Both the position numbers and the translations under genes were made by a program. A stretch of DNA of 64,000 nucleotides from Takakia lepidozioides (taxonomy: Eukaryota > Plantae > Bryophyta), in contig CM060733.1 in assembly GCA_030704615.1 (NCBI GenBank), forward strand, positions 1,922,001-1,986,000, in the 5' to 3' direction. Shown piece by piece: positions 13,102 to 26,228 of the stretch; the first letter of the stretch is position 1, and each line of letters begins with the position of its first letter. The notes beneath the pieces were generated by a model, which made no database searches, was not told where the DNA came from, and saw only the letters and a list, made by a program, of their open reading frames with translations.

Positions 13102-15490
13102 ACCGCAAATAAGATTATATCATTCTTACTCCCCAATTGCACCCACCTCGCTCCAATGGAATGTTAGCTTCGCCCCCATGGTGAGTCCTATGCCACCCCC
13201 ACTAAGTCCCACTAAGCTACCACCACCCCTCATGGAACCACCCCAACCGCAACCCAGTGTGCGGGGCTCCACCTAGTAAGTGCATCTGCCTCCTTGAGTG
13301 CCTTGGGCACTCAAGGGTGCTTCAGCCCCCGTATCTATTGTTGTCACTGCCCCCACCACAGGGGCAGCCCCTCTTATGTCCCGACCCCCTGCCCTCAAGG
13401 CGAAGGGCCGCGACAAAGTGCTCAACATAGTTTAGCAAATTGTCTCTGCTAAGATCCAACTCGGACCCATCCATATCGAGGATAAATATCGCATCAAGTT
13501 GTCAAGAACTGCTATTGTTGATAAGTATTCTCATTCAATTTCTCAATCTCTGTAGTAACTTAATAACAATGGCATCTAGGGCAGCAACTAAGACATGTCA
13601 CGAAAGATGTGCGAGACCACCACTAGGATATTCTGCAAATGGAAAACTTGACAGTACAACAAGAGGGGCTGCCTCCAACCTGTTTCCAGCGATTTAAAAA
13701 AACAACCCCAACCTTAGAAACAACGTGACGATTTGAATTGCATTACCAAATGCCATCACTCACCCCCGTGCCATCTTTGGTGTTATAATTGCTGCCAAAC
13801 ACTGTCACGTCTGTTCGTCTGCCCACTACTACCTGTTGTACAAATGACATCAAATTATTGGGGACACCATGTGGGTCTTCTCATATGTGGCCAATTGGGT
13901 GAGACCCTACCGGATTGAAGTAACGTAGCAGTGCAATCCTCCACTCTGGATCTTCCTTTTGAAGATCAGCGATTATTTCTTCAGTAAATAACTGCAAACA
14001 GACAAGCCATTGATTAGATGTTTCCCAATATCATTAGAATGTTTAGGTACAACTAACTCGGAAACGCATCTCGGCCCGACATAATACCTCACAAACAACT
14101 TTGTTTGGTGGTGGCCACCTTCATATCATGCCCCTCTCAGACGCAAGAGACTATTGCCTAAAAGGTTATGCAAAAATAAGAAAATAGCAAAGCAACTGCA
14201 TATATTATACAAAGCTGGCAGAATGCTTACGATGATGCACATGAGTCTTTTTTATATATATTTCTGTTGAAGAGAACCAAAGTTACACCTGATGGTTTGC
14301 CTATCCACAATGGCAAGAAGTAGCTAGACAGTTTGACACACTAAATCAATTAGACCATATACAAAACACCATGAACAAAACTAAAGCCGAACTTGGCAAG
14401 AGAAAAGCAAGCAATCCTGACAGAGGGAAAAATCCTTCGCTGCCTCTTGGACCAAATAGATTTGCTGTATTTATACAACCATAACCAAATTGAAGGGGTC
14501 TTTGAATTCCATTGGATTACCCTAATCGAGTGTGAGTCAGGTACATAGCACTTGAAAGATATCCAAATTTTCCGAGCACAATGCTCATATTTATTAGGTC
14601 TACTTCATAGTATCATTTGAAGTTACTTACATCTACACTACAACCCTTGTATCTTTCCTAAAGTACTAGCATTCTTGTGAACAATGTGTGAGCCTACAGA
14701 TGTTGTTGGATTGATCAAATCCACCTGAAAAACAACCGTGATACAGACAAAGGGACAGAGTTAAATTGGAGGAATTCATAAATGTTCGAAGCAGGTACTC
14801 AAGCCTTCAAGGTCTCCGCTATCAGATGTGAAATCATTAACAAGCCGTAAACTTGTTACTTCTTGAGCTCAACAAGAGAACCGGTAGACTTTTGAAATGA
14901 AAGAAATTGCCTTCACAACTGCACCATCGGTGTCCGGAAAGTTGAAACAACACCAGAAAAGCCTAAACTTTCTAGACACGCATAAGTTTGGAATCAGTCC
15001 AAGCTAGACAGGTCAAGTTGCCTCTTTTCGACGAACGTAAACACGTTAGGATTGGGACATGAAAGAGAGAGAGAGTTTGGAAAGCAAACAACTTACTAGA
15101 TTACGCCGGAGCAGCGATCAGTGATGACATAATAATTTCATAATACTATATCAGGCAAGACCTCGGCGGGACATTTGTGCTCACATGATACAAGAATGAG
15201 TAACACCAGATCACGTTCGTTTCATGTGTGTCTGTGAGCCGCTCAGCAACACCTCCGAGTAGCTCCATGCGGGCTATCCTGTTTGTGGAATTTTTGTAGG
15301 CTCGGCCACTCTCCCTACAGTTGCCTTCATCAAGTCCCATGAGTCATAGAATATAGCGAGATAGATGGATAGCTAGTATTGTGCAGCTGTTCTTTCTTAA
15401 CTAGTGACTAACTAAGTAATGAATCAGCACTAAACATCAACTAGTACAGTCCCTTAAAATCAACTGTAACTCCAAATCTACCATAAGCAT

Positions 15491-16184
15491 GGGTGATTCC
15501 AAACTAGAGTGGACCAAAAACGGCAGATCATGAGTACATAAAGAGTACATAAAGGAGGATGTAGCGAATCCTCAACCATCGGATTTGCTTCAACTGACAA
15601 TCTTGACCGTCTATTATTGACTGTTAAAACCAAGATTTTCAAATTACAATAATATCAATTCACAAATGTTTTTTTGGAATTTGATCATAATCAACTCTGC
15701 ATTTATGGTGAATGAATGCGTCTAATGAAAAAAAAATTGTTATTTCAAAAGAATTTAGTCATAAAAGACTTTATGAAAATAGCTATTTTTTAGGCTCAAT
15801 ATAGTACATAATTTTTTTTTTTAAAACTTCATATTTTTGAATGATAGTTTTCATTCGAGATTCCTCATTCTCAAAAGCAAGGTTGAGAGAGTCCATTTTC
15901 TTGACTTTGTTCTAACTCCTATATTAAAAAAGTCCATAACGTCTTTTTTTAATGGACTGTGACAATTCCTTATGGACTTTTTAAAAGTCCATAGCATATA
16001 GAGATTCTAGTTTTTGATAATGAAATTTAAAAATGTGAAAGTATATGTAGATAAGCCTTTATATATTAGTCCATTTTTATTGATGGCATTGTCATGTAGA
16101 AGTATGATAATTGACCACTATTCTATGTCTGGAAAAAACAGTGTTGTGATAGCAAAAAATGGACACTGTAGGCTGCAATCACCC
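15491..16184. mobile_element. Non-autonomous DNA transposon with GGG termini and 4-bp TSD (Sola2-like)
   Basis: Ends GGGTGATT...AATCACCC with ~25-bp imperfect TIRs. GCAT is duplicated at 15487-15490 and 16185-16188. The empty site ataaGCATgtacacc is present in the next array unit (~17461-17476). Confidence 0.85.
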
Positions 16185-16494
16185 GCATGTACACCAAAGC
16201 GTTACTCATAAATGAGTGAAGGCATAGTTTATTGGTTAGCATCCGAGTCATGATCTCGGACATGATCTGTTAAACATGATAATAGAGGGAAATACGAAAA
16301 TACGTGGCGTTTTAGATATCATCATCACATCTTAATGATTTTGGAACTCCCCACCAACAGTCGTTAGCTCGGTTGGTTAGTGCAAGTTGAGTGCCACCCA
16401 AATAAGTCTGGGGTCAAATCCTGTTACTGACTCATGTGCGTCTGTGAGCCGCTCAGCAATACCTTCGAGTAGCTCCATACAGGATCTCATATTT

Positions 16495-17054
16495 GGGTGA
16501 CGGTATGTTAGAGGTAGGCCAAAAATACTGTCACAAATGGATTTTGACAAATTGTGGTCTTCAAACTACTATAGTGCATTCTGATCTTACATTGCACTTC
16601 CTTGAAATTGACATGGGAAGAAAGATGACGTTGTAAGAAAAAAAGAACATTTTTCCAATCTGCAAACGGGTATGTTTTGATGGTACTTGTGAAGTATTGT
16701 GTGAGGAGGTTGTAGATGTAGTACGCTACATCCTCGAACATGAAAAGCCAAAAGTACCCCTAAAACATACCAATTGCACATGAATCTTTTTTCTTGCATG
16801 GTTGAATAATTGCAAAATAGTCTCGGAAGGAGCTGTCGAGTACCTGCCACGTATGAAAGGCCTAATGATTTTTGCATATGCAACTACTAGTTTATAATGG
16901 CCATGAATTTAAGTACCTCAAAATGTTATTATTTAAGGGTGTCTCCTGAAGAAGATATGTTACAAACCACGGTACCTAGAGCTACGTGCAATTGAAACCT
17001 CCAAACAATGGTGAAATTTTGAATTAGATTATTTTCACCGGCAGGTTTATTTCC

Positions 17055-17089
<35 letters not shown>

Positions 17090-17254
17090 CCGTTTAATCT
17101 TGGACTGTTGGATGCGGGACTCGGACTCATCGCACGATTATGTTTTGCCATTTTTCTGATATTATCCTCTACCACCAATACACTACGCAACAAAAGTACT
17201 TCCCAAGTACCCATTATCCGCCAATTTTGGCCTACTTCTACCATGCTTACATCC
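16495..17254. mobile_element. Second non-autonomous DNA transposon, ~30-bp imperfect TIRs, 4-bp TSD
   Basis: Left end gggtgacggtatgttagaggtaggccaaaa versus right end (reverse complement) ggatgtaagcatggtagaagtaggccaaaa. TSD ATTT/GTTT; empty site ctcctGTTTgtgg in the sister unit. Contains a T34 tract at 17056-17089. Confidence 0.75.
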
Positions 17255-17631
17255 GTTTGTGGAATTTCTGTAAGCTCGGCCACTCTCCCTGCCGTTGTCT
17301 TCATCAAGTCCCACAAGACTTAGAATATACGGGATAGATGGATAGCTAGCACCATGCACCTGTTCTTTTGAAATCTAAATTAGTGAAATAACTAAGTAAT
17401 CAACAGTAAGCATCAACTGGTGTACAGTCTTTTAAAATCAACTGCAACTCCAAATCTGCCATAAGCATGTACACCAAAGCGTTACTCGTAAATGAGTGAA
17501 GCCATAATTTATTGGTTAACATCCGAGTCATGATCTCGGATATGATCTGTTAAACATGATATTAGAGGAAAATACGAAAATACGTGGCGTTCTAGATATC
17601 ATCATCACATCTTAATGATTTTGGAACCCCA

Positions 17632-17880
17632 CAGTCAGTAGCTCAGTGGGTTAATGCACTGAGTGCCACCCAAATGAATTTGGGGTCAAATCCTACTACT
17701 GACTCATATGCGTCTGTGAGCTGTTCAACAACACCTTCGAATAGTTCAATGCGGGATCTCCTGTTTGTGGAATTTCTGTAGGCTAGGCCACTCTCCCTGC
17801 AGTTGCCTTCATCAAGTCCCATGAGTCATAGAATATAGCAGGATAGATGGATAGCTAGCACCATGCAACTGTCTTTTTTG
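17632..17880 (+). ncRNA. tRNA-derived Pol III unit (SINE-like head plus body), best-preserved copy
   Basis: A box TAGCTCAGTGG (17639-17649), B-box-like GGTCAAATCC (17684-17693), stem agtcagt/actgact closing the head, and a T6 run at 17874-17879. A sister head starts at 16358. Confidence 0.6.
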
Positions 17881-19671
17881 AAATCTTAACTCGTGACTAA
17901 CTAAGTAATGGATCAGCACTAAACATCAACTGGTGTATAGTCCCTTCAAATCAACTGCAACTCCAAATCTACCATAAGCAGTACACCAAAGCGTTACTCG
18001 TAAATGAGTGAAGCCATAATTTATTGGTTAGCATCCAAGTCATGATCTCGGACATGATCTGTTAAACATAATATTAGAGAAAAATACAAAAATACTTAGC
18101 GTTTTAGATATCATCATCACATCTTTAGGTAATATTGCAAAACCCTTTGTTTCATAATACCCTATTTTTTATAATTTATTTTACAACAATTAATTATACC
18201 TTATTTTAAATTGTCTTTTTAAATAATTACAAAATTTCAAAGCATGTACACAAACAACATTCCATACATAAGTCAAATGCTGGACCCAAAGAAAAGTTTA
18301 ATTTTCATTAGCCATGAACTCATTCAAAGCCGCAGCATCACTTGGATTACAAGTTCTGAGATGGTTCAAATATCATAGTCACTGTTGAGATTATGGTCTC
18401 AACATCAATCCACTGTATATCACTGGAATCATATTTGAACTTTAGGTGACCTCTACCTTTAGAGAACCAATTCAAAAACATAATAATCGAAGGACCCCCA
18501 GATTTGGGTAGAGCAGACTTATTCATCAAATAAGCCTGATAAATGAATGAAATTTTGAGAAGATTTAATCCTGATGGATTAGAGTTGGATGAAATATGAG
18601 AAACTTCACAAGGATGAATATATTATACTGTAGATAAAATCCTTTATTACATTTTTTTAAAGTAAAACTCTGGATTTTTGTGATATTAAAAAAAAATGAA
18701 ATGATATTGTCCTACCATATTTTCTAAGTAAAACTTTTCTAAAATTTACCTCAAAAAAATAAACTACAACCTATATTTGTTCTCACGTGGTTTTGAAAAT
18801 ACGGGGAGTGACCCCCCCAAGGTTCTGTCGTGGAGGATCTGTTTGGCTTCCACCAAAGCCAGTTCAGTAAATTGTGAAAACACATAGCACTAAAAGGTGC
18901 ATCGACCCACTTGGGTTGGTGCAAAAATGTTGGGCCATCGCATTGAACTCTACATTCATTTGTTCTTATGTAAAACATGTCACTATTGTTTGTTCATTGC
19001 ATCAGTATGACAATGGATTTGGGTGAAGATGGGGGAGGAATCGAGCCCCTTGGTATACGATAGTCCCAAACAAAAGGGATTGTGTTGAATGCACGTTGTG
19101 TACATTAAAGCTTTATTATCGCAAGGATCAGATGTCATGACTTGGCTATAGAGAGGGAAGCGGGAAGAACCCCGAGGTGGGTTTCAAAGCCCCAAAGCCT
19201 CTCCGCGGGTGAAAGTCCAGTTTGCCTTCTGTCGAGGCAATATTTTAATGATCTTAACAGGACATTGAAGCAGAAGACTAATCTATCTTCGAGTCAGGAT
19301 GTAGTTGTACCCAATGGGACTCTTGGATAAGTAGGTGGTGCAGGAGCAACATCTGTTTATACACATGCACCTCGACGGAGCAGAGGATTGTGACAACAAT
19401 CCATGCACGAAGGTCTTCATTTGTCTGTGAAGAAAGCATTGGATAAAAATTGTAAAAACGAAAAAAATGGCGTGGATGTGTCCAAATGACCCTTATCTCT
19501 TTTTTTGTTTTGTTTTTGCGAAGCCTTTTTGGGATCAGTGGAGCAGGAGGTGGTAAATACAATTCCCCCACGTGCCCCGTAGAAAGTAGCCAAGACCTCA
19601 TCACATAGCTCAGCATGTCTCGTACGAAAGCACACGAGAGTTCTGGTGGTGCTCCTGCATTCTTCGATTTG

Positions 19672-19933
19672 CTCTTGACTTCTCCAAATTCCCAGAGGCC
19701 TTGTGAGCTCCCGAGGAATGTGAACCCGCCAGAAGAGCGTTTAAGCACAGCTTAGCTCTTGCGTTCTTCTTCAATTTCCTCTTGATTTCTCCGAATTCCC
19801 CAAAGGCCTTGTGAGCTTACAAGGAATGTGAACCCGCCAAAAGAGCGTTAGCGCAGCTTAGCTCCTGCGTTCTTGAGTTGATTTTCTCTTGACTTCTTTG
19901 AATTCCTCAGAGGCCTTGTGAGCTCTCGAGGAT
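19672..19933. repeat. ~107-bp tandem repeat, ~2.5 copies
   Basis: ctcttga(c/t)ttct..aattcc..aggccttgtgagct recurs at 19672, 19779 and 19886. Confidence 0.85.
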
Positions 19934-20065
19934 TGATAGAGGAAGAACAATGGTTTTTTATTTTGTCAAATAGCCCCTTGCGCCCCTGTTGTATTCATTT
20001 GGGTATTGGACTATATATGGTGCATGCTATATCTAAAATGGTCAGTGATACTGGATCAATTCCTC

Positions 20066-20570
20066 CCAACACTGGGTATGGTCAAATGGTGTAGCTTCAT
20101 AATTTTAAAGTAGACCGGCTTTCTATTTCGTGACAAGATACACATCAATATCGGGTGGTATGCAAATGTTCTGGAGTTTTTTTGAAGCTGGGCATGGAAA
20201 AAAGGAACTTGATGGTCAATGAGTAGTAACTAAAAATGCGCTCAGTAGGGAGCAATTGAAAATAGATGGAGCAAAGCTGCAAAACGCGAAAGATGCAACC
20301 TCATGGTTAAGGATAAATTGGTTAGAAGGGACAATGTCTTCATATAATGGAGGAAAAATCAACATATTGCTAGGGTATAGGGAGGTTGAGGAAGGTGAAG
20401 TTGATCGCTCTCATGCCTTTGGCTGTGAGGGGATAAAAGAAGTGAGCTCGTTCCATTCTGTGTTGGGTTTTAGTGAGCAAAATCCAACATTGTTAAGGGT
20501 AAGAGCGTTTGCTTATTTTTGTGTTTAGTACGTTGATGATGATTGGGATAAATGCGAGAATGCCTCACGT
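20066..20570 (+). pseudogene. Sola2-type DDE transposase fragment
   Basis: One frame reads QHWVWSNGVAS*F*SR...WSFFEAGHGKKELDG...REQLK...LQNAKD, matching the SDG..QFK / HGKG..DG signature of Sola2 transposases. Several in-frame stops. Confidence 0.7.
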
Positions 20571-21394
20571 TACCTCTGGAGGGGTATTAATTTTTGGGAG
20601 TGAAAAATGCTAAGGGTTAATGCATGCTTTCTTTTATATACATTCTTAGAGCCACATTAAAAAGATTATGTTTGTCATATAAATAAACTTACCCAGTGAC
20701 ATGTCTTATTTCTTAAAAGTTTTAGGGTTTGGATGGACATAGGCCCTTAGATGCATTGGTCTTCTATAGGGACAACCAAGCCGCTAAGAAATCCTCACAT
20801 TAAAAACAACAAACTAGCTCGCGACTGCATTAGTACAAATTGTGTTTGTGGTGCTATTGGCTCTACTCTTCTTTCCTACCATCACAGATATTGACTGCCA
20901 TGGCTACTTATAACTTAGTCTTGATGAATTCTCATTGGTTTATAAAATATTTGTTCCATTTGTTAAGCTAAGTACCGTCACCGACAAAGACATCGCAAAT
21001 ACAATTCCAACATTAATGTCTAAAAATTATTTCAAATGCATAAGAACATAATGCTTACCACTTCAGCCAATGCTCATTGGAATTGTTTCATGGAATAAGT
21101 CTCACGGAGCATCAATAACCAAACTGTGTCTCTTGCTTCATAGTTCGCCACATTGACAAATTGTTATGCAACTTCTATTACAAAGCTACATAAAGCTTAG
21201 TTGCATATATGGACGTGAAGTGGCGCTGACATGTCAACGTCACGTCCAGACGTGCGTCGCATTTATGTCTCAACCGGACATTATTATGTGTAATTATTTA
21301 TTTATTTATTTTTTAAATCTTACTATTGACTATTTATCTCAGATATCGAGGTGGCGGCCCAGGGGGACTAACCACGTGGATAAAATCTTAAATG

Positions 21395-21870
21395 CATACG
21401 ACTGCCAATATTGACGGTCGCAACCTTTCTTATTATATGTTAATGTATGCAGCCACCAATATTGGCAGTCGCAACATTTATTTATTTTAAATGCATGCAA
21501 CCGCCAATATTGCGGTCACAACATTTGTTTTTAAAAGAAAAAACATGCGATCGCCAATATTGGCGGTTTTAAAAAACAAAAAAAACATGCGACCGCCAAT
21601 ATTGACGGTTGCAACATTTGTTTCATTTTTTAATGCAAACGACCGATAATATAGGCGGTCGGAGGTATTTTAAAAATAATTAAAATGTTGCGACCACCAA
21701 GATTGGTAGTTGTAGGTATTTGAAAAATAAAAACATTGTTGCGATTGCCAATATTGTCGGTCGTATGTATTTAGAGATAAAATTAAATATTACAACCACC
21801 AATATTTGTGGTTGCATGCATTTGTTTAAAAAAGAAAATGTTGTGACCGCCGTTATTGGCGGTCGCAAAC
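21395..21870. repeat. GCGACCGCC-AATATT-GGCGGTCGC palindromic motif array
   Basis: About 10 degenerate palindromes spaced ~45-50 bp; same motif family as 7700-11985. Confidence 0.8.
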
Positions 21871-21898
21871 ATTTAAAAATGCCTCTTATTTTAGATAC

Positions 21899-22140
21899 AC
21901 TAGGGTAGCCTGTGCCGTTGGCCCAAGTGTCCAGTGTCATCTAATTAAGACCAAGTCCAAGTGTGTCTCCTATGTCGAGGCCCAAGTGTAACCTCTAGGG
22001 TAGCCTGTGCTGTTGGCCCAAGTGTCCAAGGTCGTGTAAGCCCAAGTGCAATCTCCTATGCAATCAAGTGCCTCTCCTATGTCTAGGCCCAAGTATGACC
22101 TCCAAGGTAGCCTGTGCCATTGGCCCAAGTGTCCAAGTGC
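21899..22140. repeat. ~100-bp tandem repeat (ggtagcctgtgc..ttggcccaagtgtcca), 3 copies
   Basis: Unit starts at about 21900, 21996 and 22104. Confidence 0.8.
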
Positions 22141-22909
22141 ATCAATATATGAAGCAAGCCGTATTTTTTCTTTTCCACATAGCCTACGACCAGATTTGAA
22201 CCGGAGACTTTTCCCCTGATATCTCTACCGTCGAGGCTCCAACCATTGTCCCAGGAATGCCCACTTTGTCATTTTTGCTATATTTTGTGAATTTTCAGCG
22301 ACCAAAAGTACTTGAAATTCCACATCTCCCACACTGCAGGTCCAAAAATAATGAGACCAAGTCGATGCAACCCTCCTCGTTGAGGGCTTTCCAACGGTAC
22401 CAAGCACCAGCGCTGGGGCCTTGCGGTTTGGGACATCTCAAATCTACAAAACAAAACAAAACAAAACAAACGTCTTGATTCATATAGTGATAGCGTCTTG
22501 AATGCACAAGCGTGAGGCCTATGCCATGTGGGCCCCGCCACATCCAAACAAAGGGTAATCCCACCATGGGGCGGGCCACGCCCTAGGGTCTGCCGCTACT
22601 TATCAGGGCAGACCTACAGAGGGTCTGTTGCCTTATTCCGGACTTAGAATTTTTTTGAGGATTTATACGTTTTTTGATTTTGATTTTGATTTTGATTTTT
22701 TTTTGATTTTTTTTTTGTTTAATTCCAATTCAATGTATCATACCATCATGCAAGATTTCGGATACTTGCCACTTTCTACTCTACTCTCAAATTATTTTTA
22801 CTTTATTCTACATTTGGACTTTGAAATAGTGTAAGGGCTGCACTTGGGATAGGTGGCCCTCCCGCAGGTCTGTGGGTCTGCTGGTGGGGCATGAAGAGAC
22901 CCTCCATGC

Positions 22910-25330
22910 TGACTCGGGAACGTAAGGAGATGAGAGTGTTTGAGGCAGAAACAACTGCAATTGAAGAGCAGGGCTCTTCACACAATGAGGGTGGACTGGC
23001 AGGGCAACACCAATCTAAGAGACAGAGGCGGGGTATGACTGTAGTGGCGGATCCACTGGCTTCACGGAAACCGCACGATAATGGTTCCCAAGCTTTTATG
23101 TAGGATGGGGCACAGCAGCACAGAGAGCTGCTATTATTGGAAGCAGGGCCTTCAGAGAGGGAAGAGGAAGTCAATTCGATACCACAGCCACCACAACCAA
23201 TTGACTCAGATGTTTTGGAGGTTCCACAGTTAGTATATGCTATGACTTCACCCCCAATTGCTCTGGAAGGAGAAAGGTTGGACATTCCCACTACAGAGCA
23301 GGTCGTGGCCGAAATTGAGAAGGGTGACCTTCTCTATGAAAACTCTGGCTTGGTAAGGGAATCACTGATTCCAGAGGTGCAGCGGTTGTCCAAGGAAAAC
23401 CCTGCTGTGCATGTAATACCCACACCTGTGATGGAGGTACCAGTGGTAGAATATCAAGACACTGTAGCACCTGTGGAGGATGAGGTGGTTCAGGAAGAGA
23501 ATCTGGTGGGGCAATAGCCTGAATGGTTGGTGAGGCATCACACTGTGGAGGATCAGGGAGAACAACAGCAAGCTCACCATGATGACCCTCAGCAGGCCAT
23601 GCTTATGAATTCCATAAGCATAACACTTAATTTGTTGGGCACTTATGTGAAATCCCATGTTCCATCTACCCAATTGGCAGCTTTGAGGGAGGAACTCAGG
23701 AATGAGTTTGAGGCTCGAATTGCCACTGAGTGTGCTAACAAGGTAGATGAGGAGGTCAATCTCAAGTTACAGCAAGAGTTGGAGGACACAAAGGTTACTT
23801 TGCAGTTGGCCAAGGGACATCTGATTGAAGCCGGCCTCGAGCAGGACCAGTTGCATGAAGCACATAAGCAACAGTTATACCAAATGCAGGTGAAGCATGA
23901 GGACAAGTTGCAAGTAATGAATGCACTACATACAGAGTTGAAGGCAGTACATAAGATGATGACCATACAATGTGCTACACTCACAACTACTCTTGAGCAA
24001 ACTGCATTAGAAGTTAACAAACAAGAGGAGAGATGTATGAAGGCAGAGGCAGAGATAATCGAGCAGACGAAACTCATTGTTGATATGAAGAATACAATCT
24101 GTCGCAATGAGAATACTTTCAAGCAATACAGACAGGTTGAGGCTGACCAAGAGAGGTACATCCTGGAGTTGCAACAAACAGTCATGGTCAATAGAAATGA
24201 ACTCTCTGTAGCTAACAAGGCTTGGAAGGAAGCCAATAATCTGGCTGCTGCCTATGCGAATTTGGTTGAACCTCATGCGAAGCGCATGGAGGCTTTACAG
24301 CAGCAGTTAGATGTGTACAGGCTCACAGAGGAGCAGACTCTCAGAGGTGCCACACACGACTTGGTGGATAACCACCTTATGCAGGTCTGGTTAGCACAAG
24401 GGCTGGTGGAAGGCAAAGCACCACGGAAGCTTACCTAGGGCGAGATGAATGAGCTCAGACTGCAGGTGGAGAACATTACCACAACTACTATAAACAATGT
24501 CTATAGTAGAATAGCGGAGCTACAGGAGGATGTAGAAGGCCTACTCAGGTGGATGACCTGAGTTCAAATATTGACAAGAGAGTCTTTGTACCTGAGGAGC
24601 AGCTGATGGCTACTTATTTACATGCCAGAACTCTAATTTTTCAGTCTTCTTCGCAAGGGGTGCAGGAGATCCCAGTGGTAGAAGGGCCAGTGGTACCAAT
24701 ACCACAGCAAGTGACTGTGCAGGTAACTGACCATGTTGTTACTATAGCCACACCACAGCCTGAGGTATGGGGGGATGCTGCTTTTAACCCACCTAAGACT
24801 CCTGCTGCACGTGAGTACAGTCGGGCTATGATTATGCCCTTCAACCAAATTCCCATTGTGTTGGATTTGGCTTGGAAGGAATTTAGTCCGCCACAGTCGT
24901 TGGCTCATTACTACCAGATCATGCGCATTTGGCTGCCAGTGGCGACTAGGACTAAGGTTCTTCCGAACAATCGACCCATTGAGGATCATCACTTTGCAAG
25001 GTACTGGTCTGAAGCAGGTACCATGTTGAAGGAATTAATTGCCTTCCAAGTTGTACATGGGTACATTTATACCAAAACCAAGGAGGTATCAAGTATTGTC
25101 ATGGGCTATGGATTATACTATGCTGCTTGTTTTCTGGCACGTTATCACATTGAGCAGCAGAGGATGCAATCGCGATTTCTGAGTTATTCCAGTGGGGATC
25201 ATTGGGTCTTACCTTCAGTGCCACCTCATATGTACCTATATGATGCAAAAGTTATGATGCAGAAGGATTCCCAACTTCGTTCATGGTTTCATTCGGCTTG
25301 GAACAATTTGACAACACAGAAATTCGGCCG
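22910..25330 (+). mobile_element. Isolated internal fragment of the Ty3/gypsy extra ORF (acidic + coiled-coil + C-terminal domain), pseudogenised
   Basis: High similarity to 43773-44545 joined to 50747-52197. No pol or LTR. Stops at 23101, 23515 and 24436, and a frameshift near 24542. Confidence 0.85.
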
Positions 25331-25596
25331 TGAGGGTATTTTCTTTAAGGGACATGAGGCATAAGACCGTCCATGCAGACCTACCGGGCGGGTAGGGTGA
25401 CCCTCTCCTTTTAACGGGCCCACCACGTGTGGCCCGCGATGCATTCAAGATGCTATTAATCTATAATAAGAGACTTCAAAAATAAAAACAAATAAAACTA
25501 CCGTCAATATTGGCGGTCGGAGTAATTTATAAAAAATTCATTCTGAAGCCACCCTGTCTTTCACAATGCGACGTGACATATGAGGTGATCTGTTTT

Positions 25597-26228
25597 GGCT
25601 CTCATTTTTGAATGATTGGGAGTTTAAGGCTCACGTGTGGGCCAGGCAGCGCATAGACGCACGTCGCCCGCGACCACCCGGTGGGTCTGCTCGCGGGTCC
25701 AGGTCTGTTGGCGTCCAATGGGTCTGCTAGCGGGTCAGGGTCTGCTCGCGTCCAATGTAGGGGCCGCAGACCCGCCGCAGACCGCCCCACCCTCTCGGGA
25801 CTTAGAAACTTTTCCGAGGAAACTCGCCCGTAAAAGAGATCATAATTAATGCGCTGCAGATGATTAAATGAAACGCAGCACCAGCTAGATTTGAACCCGC
25901 TATCTCATGGACACCGTCCGTAACGCCCAACTACCACACTATCAATTGTTTACTATTATCTGACCTGTTTTTTTATTCCTTATACTAGAAAAGGGGAGCT
26001 GTCAGCCCCAACGTGGCCTGGGAGGAGGGTGGACCCTACCTGAGCAAACCCTCGTTGGGTCAGGGGCCAACAGACCCCACCTGAGCAGACCCCGCGAGGA
26101 TGCCGGGTCTGGGGCGGGGACCGAGGCGACCCAGCGTCTGTGTGTGTGGGGCCATTGCGTCCGTGTGTGGGGCCGTTGCCTGGCACACACGTGAGCCTTA
26201 AACTCCCAATTATTCAACAATGAGAAGC
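25597..26228. mobile_element. Mutator-like (MULE) MITE
   Basis: ~55-bp TIRs (ggctctcatttttgaatgattgggagtttaaggctcacgtgtg... / ...cacacgtgagccttaaactcccaattattcaacaatgagaagc) and a perfect 9-bp TSD ATCTGTTTT at 25588-25596 and 26229-26237. Confidence 0.92.

Larger units (their letters stand above)
15222..18125 (+). repeat. Tandem array (~3 units of ~510 bp) of a tRNA-derived SINE-like/Pol III unit; two units are interrupted by DNA transposons
   Basis: The same sequence recurs at 15222-16352 (5'-truncated), 16358-17631 and 17632-18125 once insertions 15491-16184 and 16495-17254 are removed. Confidence 0.85.

Noticed and set aside
13440-15100. Minus-strand exon-like pieces with splice-like sites (e.g. 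[18 protein letters not shown])
   Set aside because: Could not be assembled into a frame or assigned to a family.
18340-18540. Minus-strand fragment FKYDSSDIQWIDVETIISTV as a gene exon
   Set aside because: Probably a transposase C-terminal relic, but too short to assign.
21395-21870. Regularly spaced palindromes resembling a CRISPR array
   Set aside because: Eukaryotic context, degenerate repeats, low-complexity A/T spacers and no cas genes.
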